Source of the DNA: Octopus bimaculoides
Taxonomy: Eukaryota
NCBI RefSeq assembly: GCF_001194135.2
Contig: NC_068984.1
Coordinates: 94,325,407-94,382,800 of the forward strand
Reading direction: 5' to 3'
DNA length: 57,394 bases
Shown: positions 25,790 to 37,658 of the stretch, one piece after another
How the letters are laid out: each line of letters begins with the position of its first letter
How positions within the stretch are numbered: position 1 is the first letter of the stretch
Translations under genes and position numbers: made by a program
The notes under the pieces: generated by a model
Database searches by the model: none
Told to the model about the DNA's origin: nothing
The model's input: only the letters and a program-made list of their open reading frames with translations

Positions 25790-26500
25790 TCAAACAAATA
25801 AGAACGCTTGCAGAAAGAAATGTATTGTATTCACATCAGAATAAATGAAAGAAATATGAGTTAAAACAAATAAGAATGCTTAGATAGAAGACAGACAGAC
25901 AGATAGAGAAGAAAATTTGAACCTTTCTTTTTTTTGTAGCTGAACTGATGAAATGAAAGTAATATGAGTGAAAGAAGAATGTTTGTTGAAAGAAATGGGT
26001 AATAAATTCAAACAAATAAGAACGCTTGCAGAAAGAAATGTATTATGTCCTCGTCAGAATAAATGAAAGAAATATGGGATGGACGGATGGAAAAGAAAAT
26101 CTGAACCCGTTTTTTTTTTTTGTAGCTGAACTGACAAAATGAAAGTAATATGAGTAAAAGAAGAATGTTTCTAGAAAGAAAAGGGGTAATAAATTCAAAC
26201 AAATAAGCACGCTTGCAGAAAGAAATCTATTGTGTCCTCGTCAGAATAAATGAAAGAAATAGGAATTAAAACAAATAAGAATGCTTAGGCAAACAGACAG
26301 ATAGAAAAGAAAATCTGAACCCGTTTTTTTTTGTAGCTGAACTGACAAAATGAAACTAATATGAGTGAAAGAAGAATGTTTGTAGAAAGAAATGGGTAAT
26401 AACTTCAAACAAATAAGAACACTTGCAGAAAGAAATGTATCATATTCATGTCAGAATAAATGAAAGAAATATGAGTTAAAACAAATAAGAACACTTGCTT
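25790..26500. repeat. ~200-bp tandem satellite, ~3.5 units
   Basis: Units start caaacaaataagaacgcttgcagaaag at ~25792, 26007, 26197 and 26407. Confidence 0.85.
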
Positions 26501-26623
26501 GCTTGCTTGTATGCATGCATGCATGGAAATAAGGTTGTAAGAAATGGAAATCTTATCTTGAAATCTGGAACTGTTGCTGTACATGTGTAATGTTATTGTT
26601 ACTGCCACCTGTGGTGGTTTTTG

Positions 26624-27045
26624 GGCAGGGCATGCTAGAAATAGCAGCCAAATCTTTTAAGGTGAGATATGTTGAATGCACTCGAAAGAAACCTATGAAG
26701 AAAAAATTATTTTACACCGAAGTTACGAATGGGTCTTTTATGAAATATTTACCGTATTTTTAAAGTTGTTTTCACTTTAAAATATTTTGCCCATGAAAAG
26801 GTTAGAGTTTCTTCCCTTTCGGGATTGTTATTTTCAGAGTATTTCCCCATTATGCACCATTCTGGGTATTTAGACACGCAAAACACCTAATATATCAATA
26901 ACCACTGGTCCAATTTACGCGAAACTTGTTTTTTTCCGTTTGTATTCACATTTCTGGAGAAACTTAATTCATAGTATTTTCCCATTATGGGCCAGTTTGA
27001 CTGGGTAACATTGCAAGCAAGCAAGATTCAAACTGCCTTTTAATG
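26624..27045 (+). repeat. Second copy of the 21848-22290 non-autonomous repeat
   Basis: gcagggc..gctagaaatagcagccaaatc...gtgagatatgttgaatgcactc...attgcaagcaagcaagatt aligns. Confidence 0.8.
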
Positions 27046-27059
27046 TATTATAGATAGAT

Positions 27060-27600
27060 ACACACAAACAATATCACCAAAACTAATAGGCTTATAAAGG
27101 CAGCAGGTATACTTGTAGCAGAAAATACGGGATTTGAAGTAAACCAAAAAAAAAAAAGGATGGACAATGAACCAAGGTGGAAGAGGAAGATCTTTGGAGA
27201 CATAAAAACAATACAGAGTGATCTGTAAAACAGAAGAAGGAAAGGAAAGCTAAAGAATAAGTGCAAATATAACATGCTGAAAAAAAAGTATGCTATTGAT
27301 TTCAAAGATTTGCAGGTAGTAATCAAGGAACTAAAACAATGTGTAAGCCAATAATTATTCAATATGATCAGAGCATAGACAAATAGACTCTTCAAAATTG
27401 ACCAAAAAGATTTTTTATCAGGAAATGAATGGAAAAACAGATAAAGATATATGCATACCAAATGTGGAAGAAAGTCAAATATTCTAGAACAAGATGTAGG
27501 AAAAAGAGAAAACACCCAACACTAATGCAGAGTGGCTATGCAACATGAAAGAAACAAAAATAAATCCTCAGCAAGAAGACATTAATTATTTTAATGTCAT
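27060..27600 (+). mobile_element. R4/Dong-like N-terminal fragment
   Basis: NEPRWKRKI..DIK..LKKKY..VIKELKQ..RLFKIDQK. Confidence 0.7.
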
Positions 27601-27609
27601 CTTGCAGAG

Positions 27610-28520
27610 GATTTATATTTGGTGAGTAGCCCTCAGTAGCACTTCCAGTTGTTCATTATGCTATATACCACTATTTCCTCTTCCTCATCAAATGCTCGAA
27701 CTAGGACTTCCCTATTCTGACTGTTCAATGGATCTTTAAATTTATATGTCTTCCTTTTTCAGACTAGTTTGTGTCTCTGAGTCCTTTTACATTGAAGTCA
27801 TTAATCTATGTTAGGTAATGTTTTCTTCACCAAGTAAGGGCTTTGCTTTTACAACCATATGTCCTATGTTCATCCTGTTTTCTGTCAAGAATGTAATCCA
27901 TCTGATTTGTGTACCCGTTAGATTGATATGAGACTGAGTGACTGGCTGCTTTCATGAAGTTAGTGCTGCAGCTCATTCGGTCATTTACATCACATAACTC
28001 CAAGAGCCTTTTTTTCTTTCCTTATTTGGAGAATCAAATCCATAGCCTTCCTGCAAACCATGAAATCCACCAGGATATTGTTCAACATGACCATTGAAAT
28101 CACTAGCTACAAAGATAAGATCACTGTCATTTGTTATATAAGTAGTTTACAAAAAAGCATAATAAAAATAGTCCTTTTGTTCATCCAGCAGTCCTAGTTG
28201 AGGAGCATAAGAAGAGATAAAAGTTGCTGTTATATTTTCCAAGGTTGGTCTAAGCTTAATTATTCTGTTGCATACTCTGACTATCTCACAGTCACTTTAT
28301 CTACTCATTTCTCTGCTGAAAGTATACTCACATTCCTTCACTGTCACTATTGCTTGGAAGAATTTATACCTATGTGCTTTGCCCATGGGGAGTTTAGCTG
28401 AGGCTCCTGTATATCTTACAGCACACATCTACATACCTCAATTCTAGCATTTCTCACCAAACCTACCTTTCATTGTGCACATGTTGATTGTGAATGCTCT
28501 AAGGTTGCAAATTTGATAGA
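27610..28520 (-). mobile_element. Old RTE APE domain fragment
   Basis: TMKGRFGE, GKAHRYKF, PQLGLLDEQKDYFY, SDFNGHV..GYGF..RLLELC and QMDYIL. Confidence 0.8.
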
Positions 28521-29545
28521 AAGAGCAAGTAAGGAGCTAGAGAGTAGCTCTGAGCATCTGAAAAGGAGAGGGTTTGAAGAAACATTTGCCCGCTCTTTCA
28601 CATTATCAAAATATACAAATATTAATATTGAGGCTTCATTGAACCATAATTTTCCCTGGATCAAAAATTCAAGGCCAAGTAAATAAATAAATGGAATAAA
28701 AAAAAATACTAGCTGGGATGGGTGGGTGAAAGGTTGAAAGACATGGGAAAATAAAGATGGAAGTTTGTAAATCTCTAAGAGACAAATGAAAATCTTACTT
28801 AGAATTTGAAAATAATGGTTGAAAATTTTACTTAAAAAAATGCAACACTTAGATACATATGTATTACACATATTCTAAAATTAGTTAAGAATGAGGAAAA
28901 AGGGCAGCAGTGATAAAACACTGAGTAAATTTTATTACATATTTAAAAGAAAAAATAACAGTCCATATAATCTAGCTGCATCAATATTCATATATCCCAA
29001 TAGCAAATGGACACAAGTAAGTAGCATGCCATAATGTTGACCAATGGTAAGATATAAAGGAAGTCAGAGAACTAGGGAAGAAAGTCAGTACCCTCAAAGA
29101 GAGTAATGAAAATCTTACTTAGAAATTGGAAAATACAATGCTTAGATGTATAAATATTAGAAGAATATTAATATATACTAAAACAGAGAAAGAAGTTTGT
29201 AAATCTTACTTAGAACTTGAAAATCTTACTTAAAAAATACAGTGCTTAAATATGTACATATTACAAGAACTTTAATATATTCTAAAAGAAAAGAAAACTA
29301 TACTAATTGAATACAAATGAGTTATGAATGAGAAACTGGGATGCAGTTTACACTTCTTCATGCTAAACAACTGAATATAAATGTAAAAAAGAAAATCAGT
29401 AAAATGAAAAAAAAGACTAGTTTGTTTTGTGTAATGGGAGTTACTAAAAATTTCTAAAGCTATATTTCCTAAACCTCTGTCAGATTATTTTCTTGGTTTA
29501 TATATTTCATGTTTATGAACAGAGTAACATTATTTCTACAAGTGG

Positions 29546-29546
<1 letters not shown>

Positions 29547-29628
<82 letters not shown>
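29547..29628. repeat. (CA)n microsatellite
   Basis: Direct reading. Confidence 0.97.
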
Positions 29629-29633
<5 letters not shown>

Positions 29634-30782
29634 ACTATTCATCCAACATACCAGAAATCTTGTCAATCTCTAAATTGCACTTGTAATAATTTCAGTTATC
29701 TGCTTCTTGCACAAACATTTATTGTAGTGAGAGTACATTTAATTGCTCTGGCAGCAAAACAGCAACAACAATTTTCAAAAGAAATTAACATGTAATATTG
29801 TCCACTCTGAGATAAAGTAGTACTGAGGGCAAAAATCTGTAGAATTCTTCTATGAATTAATTACTTATCAATGCTAAAATGCTAAGAATTTGGTTAGATA
29901 TGATAGTCTTTGGATTACATATATTTTTTGTACATATAAGTCTAGTTAACCTTTTACTTCTAAATTAATGATAAGGCAAGAAATTTTCAGTGAAGACATA
30001 GATAGTTTACATGCTTTCAGTATTTGACTAGTACTTAATTTTTTGACTTCAGATGGAAGTTAGAAAACTTTAAACAGATTTGAACTAAGAATATAAAGGG
30101 ATGCAATGAAATGTTGTCTGAAACCTTTTCAGATGTCATTTGTTGCTTTCATGCCTAAATTGCTATATTTACCTAAGTACAGAGTTCATTGGTTAACAGC
30201 AAAAATTCAAGCCCAAATTCAAAGTTGTAACAATATACTTCCTGAATCTTTTTTTTTTTCAACCTTTGTATTATTAAAGTAGTCATGGGAGGATTGACTA
30301 CTGGTAGTCTTGGCAATTTTTAAGCTCATAGAAATATTAGAACACAACGTTTAACAAAATATCTATCAATCATACAGTACTCACACATCAGTAAGCATCT
30401 AACCATTTAGGTTCCTGACAAACACATTAAGAACTTGTTTTATCAGTAACTAATCTGACCATCAAAGTTATAGTCAACAACCTAACCATTTTTGGAATAG
30501 ATAACATATTGGAATGTTATTCATGATTTTGTCTTTGATACCTTTTCTCTGACAAGTCATCAGGTATATATAAATGATTTGTTTGGTAACTGACTTGTGA
30601 TCATGACACAGTTGAAGCCAACTTACAGGAATTTATGTCACTCACACAGCTAAGGAATGTAATCACTACTACAACACACTATCATTGTTGACTCAGATTT
30701 TGAACACACAAGTTGAATATCTTCTTTTTTCTGTCATCATTGCAATGATGACATTTTTTGTCAATGAAAATGTGTGTGTGCA

Positions 30783-30825
<43 letters not shown>

Positions 30826-30855
30826 AAAAATGATGTATCCACACGACTTCGGTTA

Positions 30856-30917
30856 ATCACAGACACATTTCAAATTTAAATTAAATTATATCTACCTATT
30901 ATTCTCTTCAGTGTGAT
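30856..30917 (-). ncRNA. Type-I hammerhead ribozyme copy with CpG-decayed stem III
   Basis: ATCACA-CTGAAGA-stem II-GAA-ATGTGT-C-TGTGAT on the minus strand. Confidence 0.65.
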
Positions 30918-31484
30918 ACTCATAGTTATAAATTTGCAAGTGTTAGGATTAAATATGTACACGATCAAGCGTCATCGCATAACTAATATTCAATCGCACT
31001 CCCAAAAATATACAGCCAAATGTGATACATATTTATCCTTGTGTGGATTCATCATTTTTCTTTTTTACCTACATAGAAAAGTGTGTTATTGTCTCAGAGA
31101 TTTTTATGGTAGCTAAAAAGACATTAGCATCTTTTTCTAATTCAGTACATGGTGAGGCACTTAACTGACCCCTGATTATAATTATGTATATAATTATAGA
31201 ATATTTTATATAATTCACCTAAAAAAGTTTTTGTAATGTACTGACTACTTGGTAAAATTATTAATTATTAATTAATTAATTTTACCCTATATTATTATTA
31301 AAATTATAATTTATTCCATGATCGAAACTGCAGTTTTTCTGCGGGTTAGATCGTAACACACACATGGGTATAAAGGATAAATATATATCACATTCGGCTG
31401 TATATTTTTGAGAGTGCAGTTATGTGATGACGCTTGATCACGTACATATTTAATCCTTACACTCGCAAATTTATAACTTGGAGT

Positions 31485-31546
31485 ATCACACTGAGGAGAA
31501 TAATAGGTAAATATAATTTACTTTAAATTTGAAACGCGTCTGTGAT
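31485..31546 (+). ncRNA. Intact minimal type-I hammerhead ribozyme
   Basis: Stem I ATCACA/TGTGAT (6 bp); core CTGAGGA; stem II GAAT..AGGTAAAT-ata-ATTTACTT..ATTT; GAA; palindromic stem III ACGCGT; GUC cleavage triplet. Confidence 0.8.
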
Positions 31547-31810
31547 TAACCAAAGTCGTGTGGATTTTTCAAGTGTGTTATTGTCTCGGAGATTTTTATG
31601 GTAGTTGAAAAGACATTAGCGACTATTTCTAATTCAGTATGTGGTGAGGCACTTAGCTGACCCTTGATTATAATTATGTATATAATTGTAGAATATTTTG
31701 TATAATTCACCTAAAAAGGTTTTTTTAATGTACTGACTACTTGGTAAAATTATTAATCATTAATTAATTTTACCCTATATTATTATATATATATATATAT
31801 ATATATATGC

Positions 31811-31969
31811 CAGGTTTCTTTCAGTTTCCATTGACCAAATCCACTCACAAGGCTATGGTTGGCCCGAGGCTATAATAGAATACAATTAACCTAGGTGGCA
31901 CGCAGTGGGACTGAACCTGGAACTATGTGGTTGGGAAGCAAGCTTCTTACCACACAGCCATGCCTGCAC

Positions 31970-31971
<2 letters not shown>
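31811..31971 (-). mobile_element. SINE family B 5' part (tRNA-derived head plus CORE-like segment)
   Basis: Aligns to 56500-56660. Confidence 0.85.
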
Positions 31972-32003
<32 letters not shown>

Positions 32004-32159
32004 ATATATATATATTTGTTTTGCAAGATTTTTGATGTGAAATCGTGTGTTGAAACAGATGTTGTACTTGGGGATGGTCATATTGCCAGTTTAGCCAATA
32101 AAAACACACGCACTGTATATTTGGTGTTAATTTGCTTCAGCTTTATATTACATTACGTT

Positions 32160-32742
32160 ACAGTAATCCTATTTCGGCCAGAGTTCTTTCGTCACACTTC
32201 TGTGACCTCATCAGTGGTCCTTTGCTTTCTTCTTTCTTATGTGTGTCCCACCTTGCTAACTATCAACCATTTTGTATTTTGTATTCCTATTGTTTGTGTC
32301 TACGCATGCGTATCCCTCAATGTGTGTCTATGTTTTGTAAGTGCATGTGTGTGTATGGGGAGTGCCTGTATTATCTATATCCTCTGTTAATACATGTTCG
32401 TTTATCTTTGTTTTTATATATATTTATTTGTTCATGTGTTTATACTTACTTTTTTTTTGTATTTAATTTAATTTTTTTAGCGTATGTAGTATTTAATTCC
32501 ATTTGTTTATCTATGTATTATATTGTATTATATTTTGTTCATATTGTTATTGGTTTATGGGGAATTTATTGTCATATGTTGTGGTTTGTTAGGTGTGTGT
32601 GTTAGTGTTCCATTCCAGTTTCCTATTCAGGCTAGGTTTATCTTCTATTATGTGTGGATAAGATTTTAATTTCTATGTTGTTGAGTGAGCCTCCGTGTTC
32701 TTGCTCAGCGTGCTGGTACAGAACTGATGAGCTCTTCCTAGT
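32160..32742 (-). mobile_element. Penelope-like element 3' end (GIY-YIG C-terminus, 3' UTR, HHR)
   Basis: SSVLYQHAEQEHGGSLNNIEIKILSTH and, after a frameshift, IIEDKPSLNRKLE at 32600-32740. Confidence 0.7.
32176..32220 (-). ncRNA. Minimal hammerhead ribozyme-like motif
   Basis: GGACCA-CTGATGA-G-GTCAC agaagt GTGAC-GAA-AGAACT-C-TGGCC; one bulge in stem I; stem III is one mismatch from a palindrome. Confidence 0.65.
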
Positions 32743-33780
32743 GAGAGGCCCTTTGTCACCAGCAGAAGTAAGTGCTTTCTGAACTTTGCCCAGGCTATTC
32801 TTATTCTAGCAGCTACACTTTCAGCACACCCTCTCCAACTACTAACTTGGTCACCTAGATAGCGGAAGTTATCAACTATGTCTAGTTTTTCTCCCTGGAA
32901 TGTGGCAGACGTTGTTCTCTGCACATTTTCAGCGTTTATTGCTCCTGAACATCTGCCACATACAAAAACTAACTTCCTAGTTAACCTTCCTTTGATATTG
33001 CTGCACCTCTTATGTGTCCATAGCTTGCACTGGGTACATCTTATAGAGTTTCTACCTACACCTTTTCTACAGATCGAGCAGGGCCATCTACCTGAAGGGG
33101 TTTGTGTTTTGTCTACCTTCCTACTTATTAGGACTTTGGTTTTAGCTACGTTGACTCTAAGGCCCTTCGATTCTAGTCCTTGCTTCCACACCTGAAACTN
33201 NNNNNNNNNNNNNNNNNNNNNNNNNNNNNNNNNNNNNNNNNNNNNNNNNNNNNNNNNNNNNNNNNNNNNNNNNNNNNNNNNNNNNNNNNNNNNNNNNNNN
33301 NNNNNNNNNNNNNNNNNNNNNNNNNNNNNNNNNNNNNNNNNNNNNNNNNNNNNNNNNNNNNNNNNNNNNNNNNNNNNNNNNNNNNNNNNNNNNNNNNNNN
33401 NNNNNNNNNNNNNNNNNNNNNNNNNNNNNNNNNNNNNNNNNNNNNNNNNNNNNNNNNNNNNNNNNNNNNNNNNNNNNNNNNNNNNNNNNNNNNNNNNNNN
33501 NNNNNNNTACTAACCACTCATCTATCCCTAGTTTCCTCATTGACCACCAGATAAGGGAGTGGGGGACCCTGTCAAAGGCTTTCTCCATGTCAACGAAAGC
33601 CAGGTACAGAGGTTTATCTTTGGCTAGGTATTTCTCTTGCAGCTGCCTTACCAGAAATATAGCATCAGTGGTGCTTTTTCCTGGAATGAACCCAAACTGC
33701 ATCTCATCTAAACTGATTCTCTCCCTAATTTGTTGGGCTATGACCCTCTCCATGACCTTCATTACCTGGTCCAACAGATC
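32743..33780 (-). mobile_element. RTE LINE RT/PHD fragment (gap inside)
   Basis: ORFs 33157-33783 (QFGF..FVDMEKAFDRVP) and 32673-33191 (KTKVL..CSIC..CTQC..H..C..CGRC..FRYLG). Confidence 0.92.
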
Positions 33781-33989
33781 CAAATAAGAGAAAGAAATCC
33801 TCTAACACATCTTTAAGGATTCGTTACAATTGTTTCTGTACCAACTCTGCTTGCAATGCCACTTTACGCAATATTTGAAGTGAAAATTTACAAAACACAC
33901 ACACATAAGAGCATTGTAGTTTGCTTTGAAATATTGTAGTACAGAAGTAGAAAATGAAAGAAAAAGGAAATAAAGAAAGCTTCGAACAA

Positions 33990-34510
33990 TGCAGAAAGTT
34001 TTACAAAAAATCTTTATATTTCATGTGCAAAGGCTGATCATCAGAAGAAAGCAGTCCAAGAAATGTGTATTTACATCAATTTTATTATTTTACTTTTAAC
34101 AGCTTGGCATTTGGGTTAGCAGCAGCAGCAAATCTCCAACTATTGGTCATGGTCGTTGTGACATATTTACATGTGGTGGTGGTGGTTGGTGGCATGTGTT
34201 ATGATGTTGGTTGTAGTTGCTGTAATGTATTTATAGGAGCCATCTCTAATAGATTGTTGATTTTGGGGTTGAGGTGGCAGATCAACATAGCTTCCTTGAT
34301 ACAGAGATTTCCTGTTTCCTCTCCGAGTCTAGTATAGAGACGTCTATGTCTTTGGTGATGTTGGCACATTTGGTTAAGTATTTGCGGAAGGAAGATGCAT
34401 TGGTAGTGAGATGCTCCTTCATTTGGACATGGAGTGGTCAGACTGTGATACTGATGTAACAGTTGTTGTATTTGGAGCATTGTATCTAGTTTACATAGTA
34501 AACTAGATAA
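33990..34510 (-). mobile_element. Penelope-like GIY-YIG endonuclease fragment plus 3' UTR
   Basis: CSKYNNCYISIT..PLHVQMKEHL..SSFRKYL.KC..IDVSILD..NLCIKEAMLICHLNPKINN. Confidence 0.8.
34011..34048 (-). ncRNA. Degenerate minimal hammerhead motif
   Basis: TCTT-CTGATGA-tcagcctttgcacat-GAA-ATAT-A-AAGA; palindromic stem III; stem II poorly paired. Confidence 0.5.
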
Positions 34511-34559
34511 CACAAGTGTAATACAATCTGCCCTTCACTCTGAGGGAAAGGATCTTTAT

Positions 34560-36120
34560 TGCCAGCAGCAGTAGTGGCTCCCTGAACTTTTTCCAACCCA
34601 TTCTCATCTTGGTTACTATACTTTCTTAATCTCTACCTACTCTTCTATGTAACAGAAGTTATTGACAACTTCTAGGGACACCTGAACAGTTAAAAGAATC
34701 CATTTCTGGTGTGCTCATAGTATGTACTGCTCCAGTGCATCTCTTACATTGTCTGCCTGTGATTCTACTACACCTCCTGTGTGTCCATAGCTTACATTTG
34801 GTACAGCATGTGGAATTTATATTTATTTCTTTTCTACATATCAAACAAAGCCATTCCTTTGAAGATACTAGGGTCTTACCTTCTTTATTACTAAAATCCC
34901 TGTCTTTGTTGAGTTTGCATTGAAGCTTCTTGATTCTAGGTTTAACCTGGAATTTTTTTTTCTAATTCTCCCATAAATTCAACTAGGAGAAGTAGATCAT
35001 CAGCATATAAAAGTTCTCATGGACATCTGGCCTTAAATTACCCTATGATTACCTGTAGGACTATGATGAATAGGAGAGGACTGAGTACTAAACCTTGATG
35101 AACTCCTACCTTCAATCCAAATCCATCACTGAAATCATTGTTGACTTTCACTTTACTTACTTCTTCGTACATTTCTCATACAGCCCTCACAAGCCATTTA
35201 CCCACACCTAGTTTCTTTTGTGATCACCAAATTACTGAACATGGTACCTTGTCAAATGCCTTCTCCAAATGCCAGGAAAAGTAATTTACTCTTCACAGAG
35301 TATTTTTTTGCAGTTGCTCACAAGGAAAATTGTACCTGTGGCACCTCTTCCAGGCAAGAGTTAAACTGCATCTCATCTAGGTCTACTCTGTACAAGATCA
35401 ATAATATGACTCTTTCCATGACCTTCATAACCTGAGACAATAGTGTGATTCCTCTATAGTTGCTTCTCTCTAAGGTCACCTTTGTCTGTGTAGCATTACT
35501 GTTACACCCCTCATTGAGTGTGGCACCTGTATGATTTGATTAATAATCTGAGTAGTAATCATGTATCCTTACCTCACCACATAGTTTGAGCATCTCTACA
35601 GATATTCCTGATGAACCCACAGCTTTCTTTCTCTTCACATCCTTAATTGCTTTATCTACCATATTGATGTCAACTTGAATTGCTTGTCCTTCTGAAGAGT
35701 CAGCATGAGATAGTCCCTCTTTATTCCATGCATTATCCACATTTAACAATGCCATTTTCTTGTTTTCAGTATTGATGGCGAGTATCATTTTGTCATTCTG
35801 GATACTTCTCACCAATGACATATCGGTACTCTCTCACACACACTCTTGCAATTCTGATCATTTCATGCCTCCAATCCTCATCCTCTTATTGCAGGTATAA
35901 AGAACAGGTGCAAATCTCTTTCTTTCTGTCTCACCCTTAACCAAGTATTCCTATCACCTATCTGTTCTAGCCATTTGATAATGATTTCTATTACCACCTA
36001 CCTTCTAGGTTTTTCCAAGACTGTCTCTTAATGCTTATTGCTCTATCAACCTTGTTATACTACCATCTTACCATTGGTTTGGCTGGCCCTAGCAAGTTAT
36101 TTCATTGAAATTCCCAGTTA
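34560..36120 (-). mobile_element. Older RTE LINE fragment (linker, RT, PHD)
   Basis: VDRAISIKRQSWK, VDKAIKDVKRKKAVGSSGIS and CCTKCKLWTHRRC. Confidence 0.8.
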
Positions 36121-36780
36121 TCAGCTATATCACAGATTGCAAATTCCTATTGTTCATTATGATAGGCAAGGCTGTAAGTGCAAATAAAATGCAACAGAAT
36201 ATATCATGATATAATTGTGAAGTAAAGCAATTATGACACACATCACTGCCTTCATTTGGATCATTTGTGAAGAAAGGAATAAAGTGATGAAATTAACAAC
36301 AAATAAAGGAAATGACTAGAAAAGAATGTGATACTATGTCTTGATAATTTGAAATGTTTAAGCAATTAACAACAGAACAAAGTGTGTCAATTTGGCAAAA
36401 CTTAGACAAAGAACTTAAAACACAGATACACTTTTGCAGCACTACACACTTTTATATATCAAAGCTCAGACCTTTTCTACTTCCAGCTAACAAGAGTTCA
36501 GCAGATGGTAATTTTGCTTTGTGAAATGACTGGTAGTTTTGAGAAGAATTTTATACAATTAATTTTTGCTAAGAAACTTATTACATTGTAAGCTATATAA
36601 AATTGACAATTTAACTAATTAGTAAAATCAGCCACCCTCACTGGAATTACTTTAATTTTAAGCTAATGTTTAAGTAATTAATGGGATAATTCTCAAGATG
36701 ACCCCACACCAGAAAAACAAAAACAGAACCGTTTCTTTTTGTATGCTGTAGGTGGAACTATGATGCTGGCAGGGCACATA

Positions 36781-37658
36781 TATGGTCTGATTAATAAGTA
36801 TCCAGACTGTTGCCATAGTAATGAAGCTAAAGCACACAGACTGACCTTGAACTCTGCTGTGCATGTACATTAAATTTTAATGTTCGAGCTCACTTCCACT
36901 GTTTACAGCAGTGCTTAGAAGGAATATGTGTAGCATGTGTTCATCACATTGACCATGACAGAGAAAGTTGAGCAGATAATCTGCATCAAATTTTGCCAAA
37001 AGCTTGCCGATACCTGCTCAGAGGCCTACGCAAACTTTTCAAAAAGACTTCATTGTTCACAACACAATCAAGGAGATCTTGTGCAACTGAAACCTAAGTG
37101 TCATTTTGGTCAGCTGAAAGCAGTTTTAGCACAAACTTGGCAGACACACATTTTATACCCAAATCTTCAGTGATAATGGACTGAACTGAACCATAACTAA
37201 ACTACACATCCTTTGGTAACTCAAGTTTGGTGATTCAACAATTTCTCCTCACAGCTACACACACATCTGCAATGTTTTTCTCAGTTCTGCTGGTTGCGGG
37301 TCTCTCAGAATGTTCATTCATCACTATCAATATTTTTTCGGCCATCTTGAAAATGTCTGAACCACTCGTACACATGTGTGCAGCTCATACACCCCTCTCC
37401 ATACAATTTCTGCAACTTTGCATAGGCCTCTGAGCAGGTACACCATGACAACTTTCTCTGCCATGGTCATTGCAATGATCACACGTTACACATGTTAATT
37501 CGAAGCACTGCTGTAAACAGCAGAAGTGAGCAAGGATGTTAAAACTTAATGCACATGTGCAGCAGAGGTCAAGGTCAATCTGTGTCAAGCAGCTTTACTG
37601 TGCATGCTTTCACTTCATTACTATGGCCACAGACTGGATACATATTGATCAGACCTCG
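36781..37658. mobile_element. mariner derivative with two inverted 5' ends
   Basis: 36781-37045 (+; MTEKVEQIICIKFCQKL) and 37045-37658 (-; CSEAYAKLQKLYG..VYEWFRHFQDGRKNIDSDE..SAKFVLKLL); TIR tacgaggtctgatcaata... Confidence 0.75.

Larger units (their letters stand above)
30837..31785 (+). mobile_element. ORF-less PLE-type insertion: inverted 5' segment plus partial tandem of a ~500-bp unit carrying a hammerhead
   Basis: 30837-31039 is the reverse complement of 31374-31565; 31081-31300 is a direct repeat of 31573-31785. Confidence 0.75.

Noticed and set aside
28780-29300. Degenerate AT-rich repeats (gaaaatcttacttag...)
   Set aside because: Low complexity, and no family or function can be supported.
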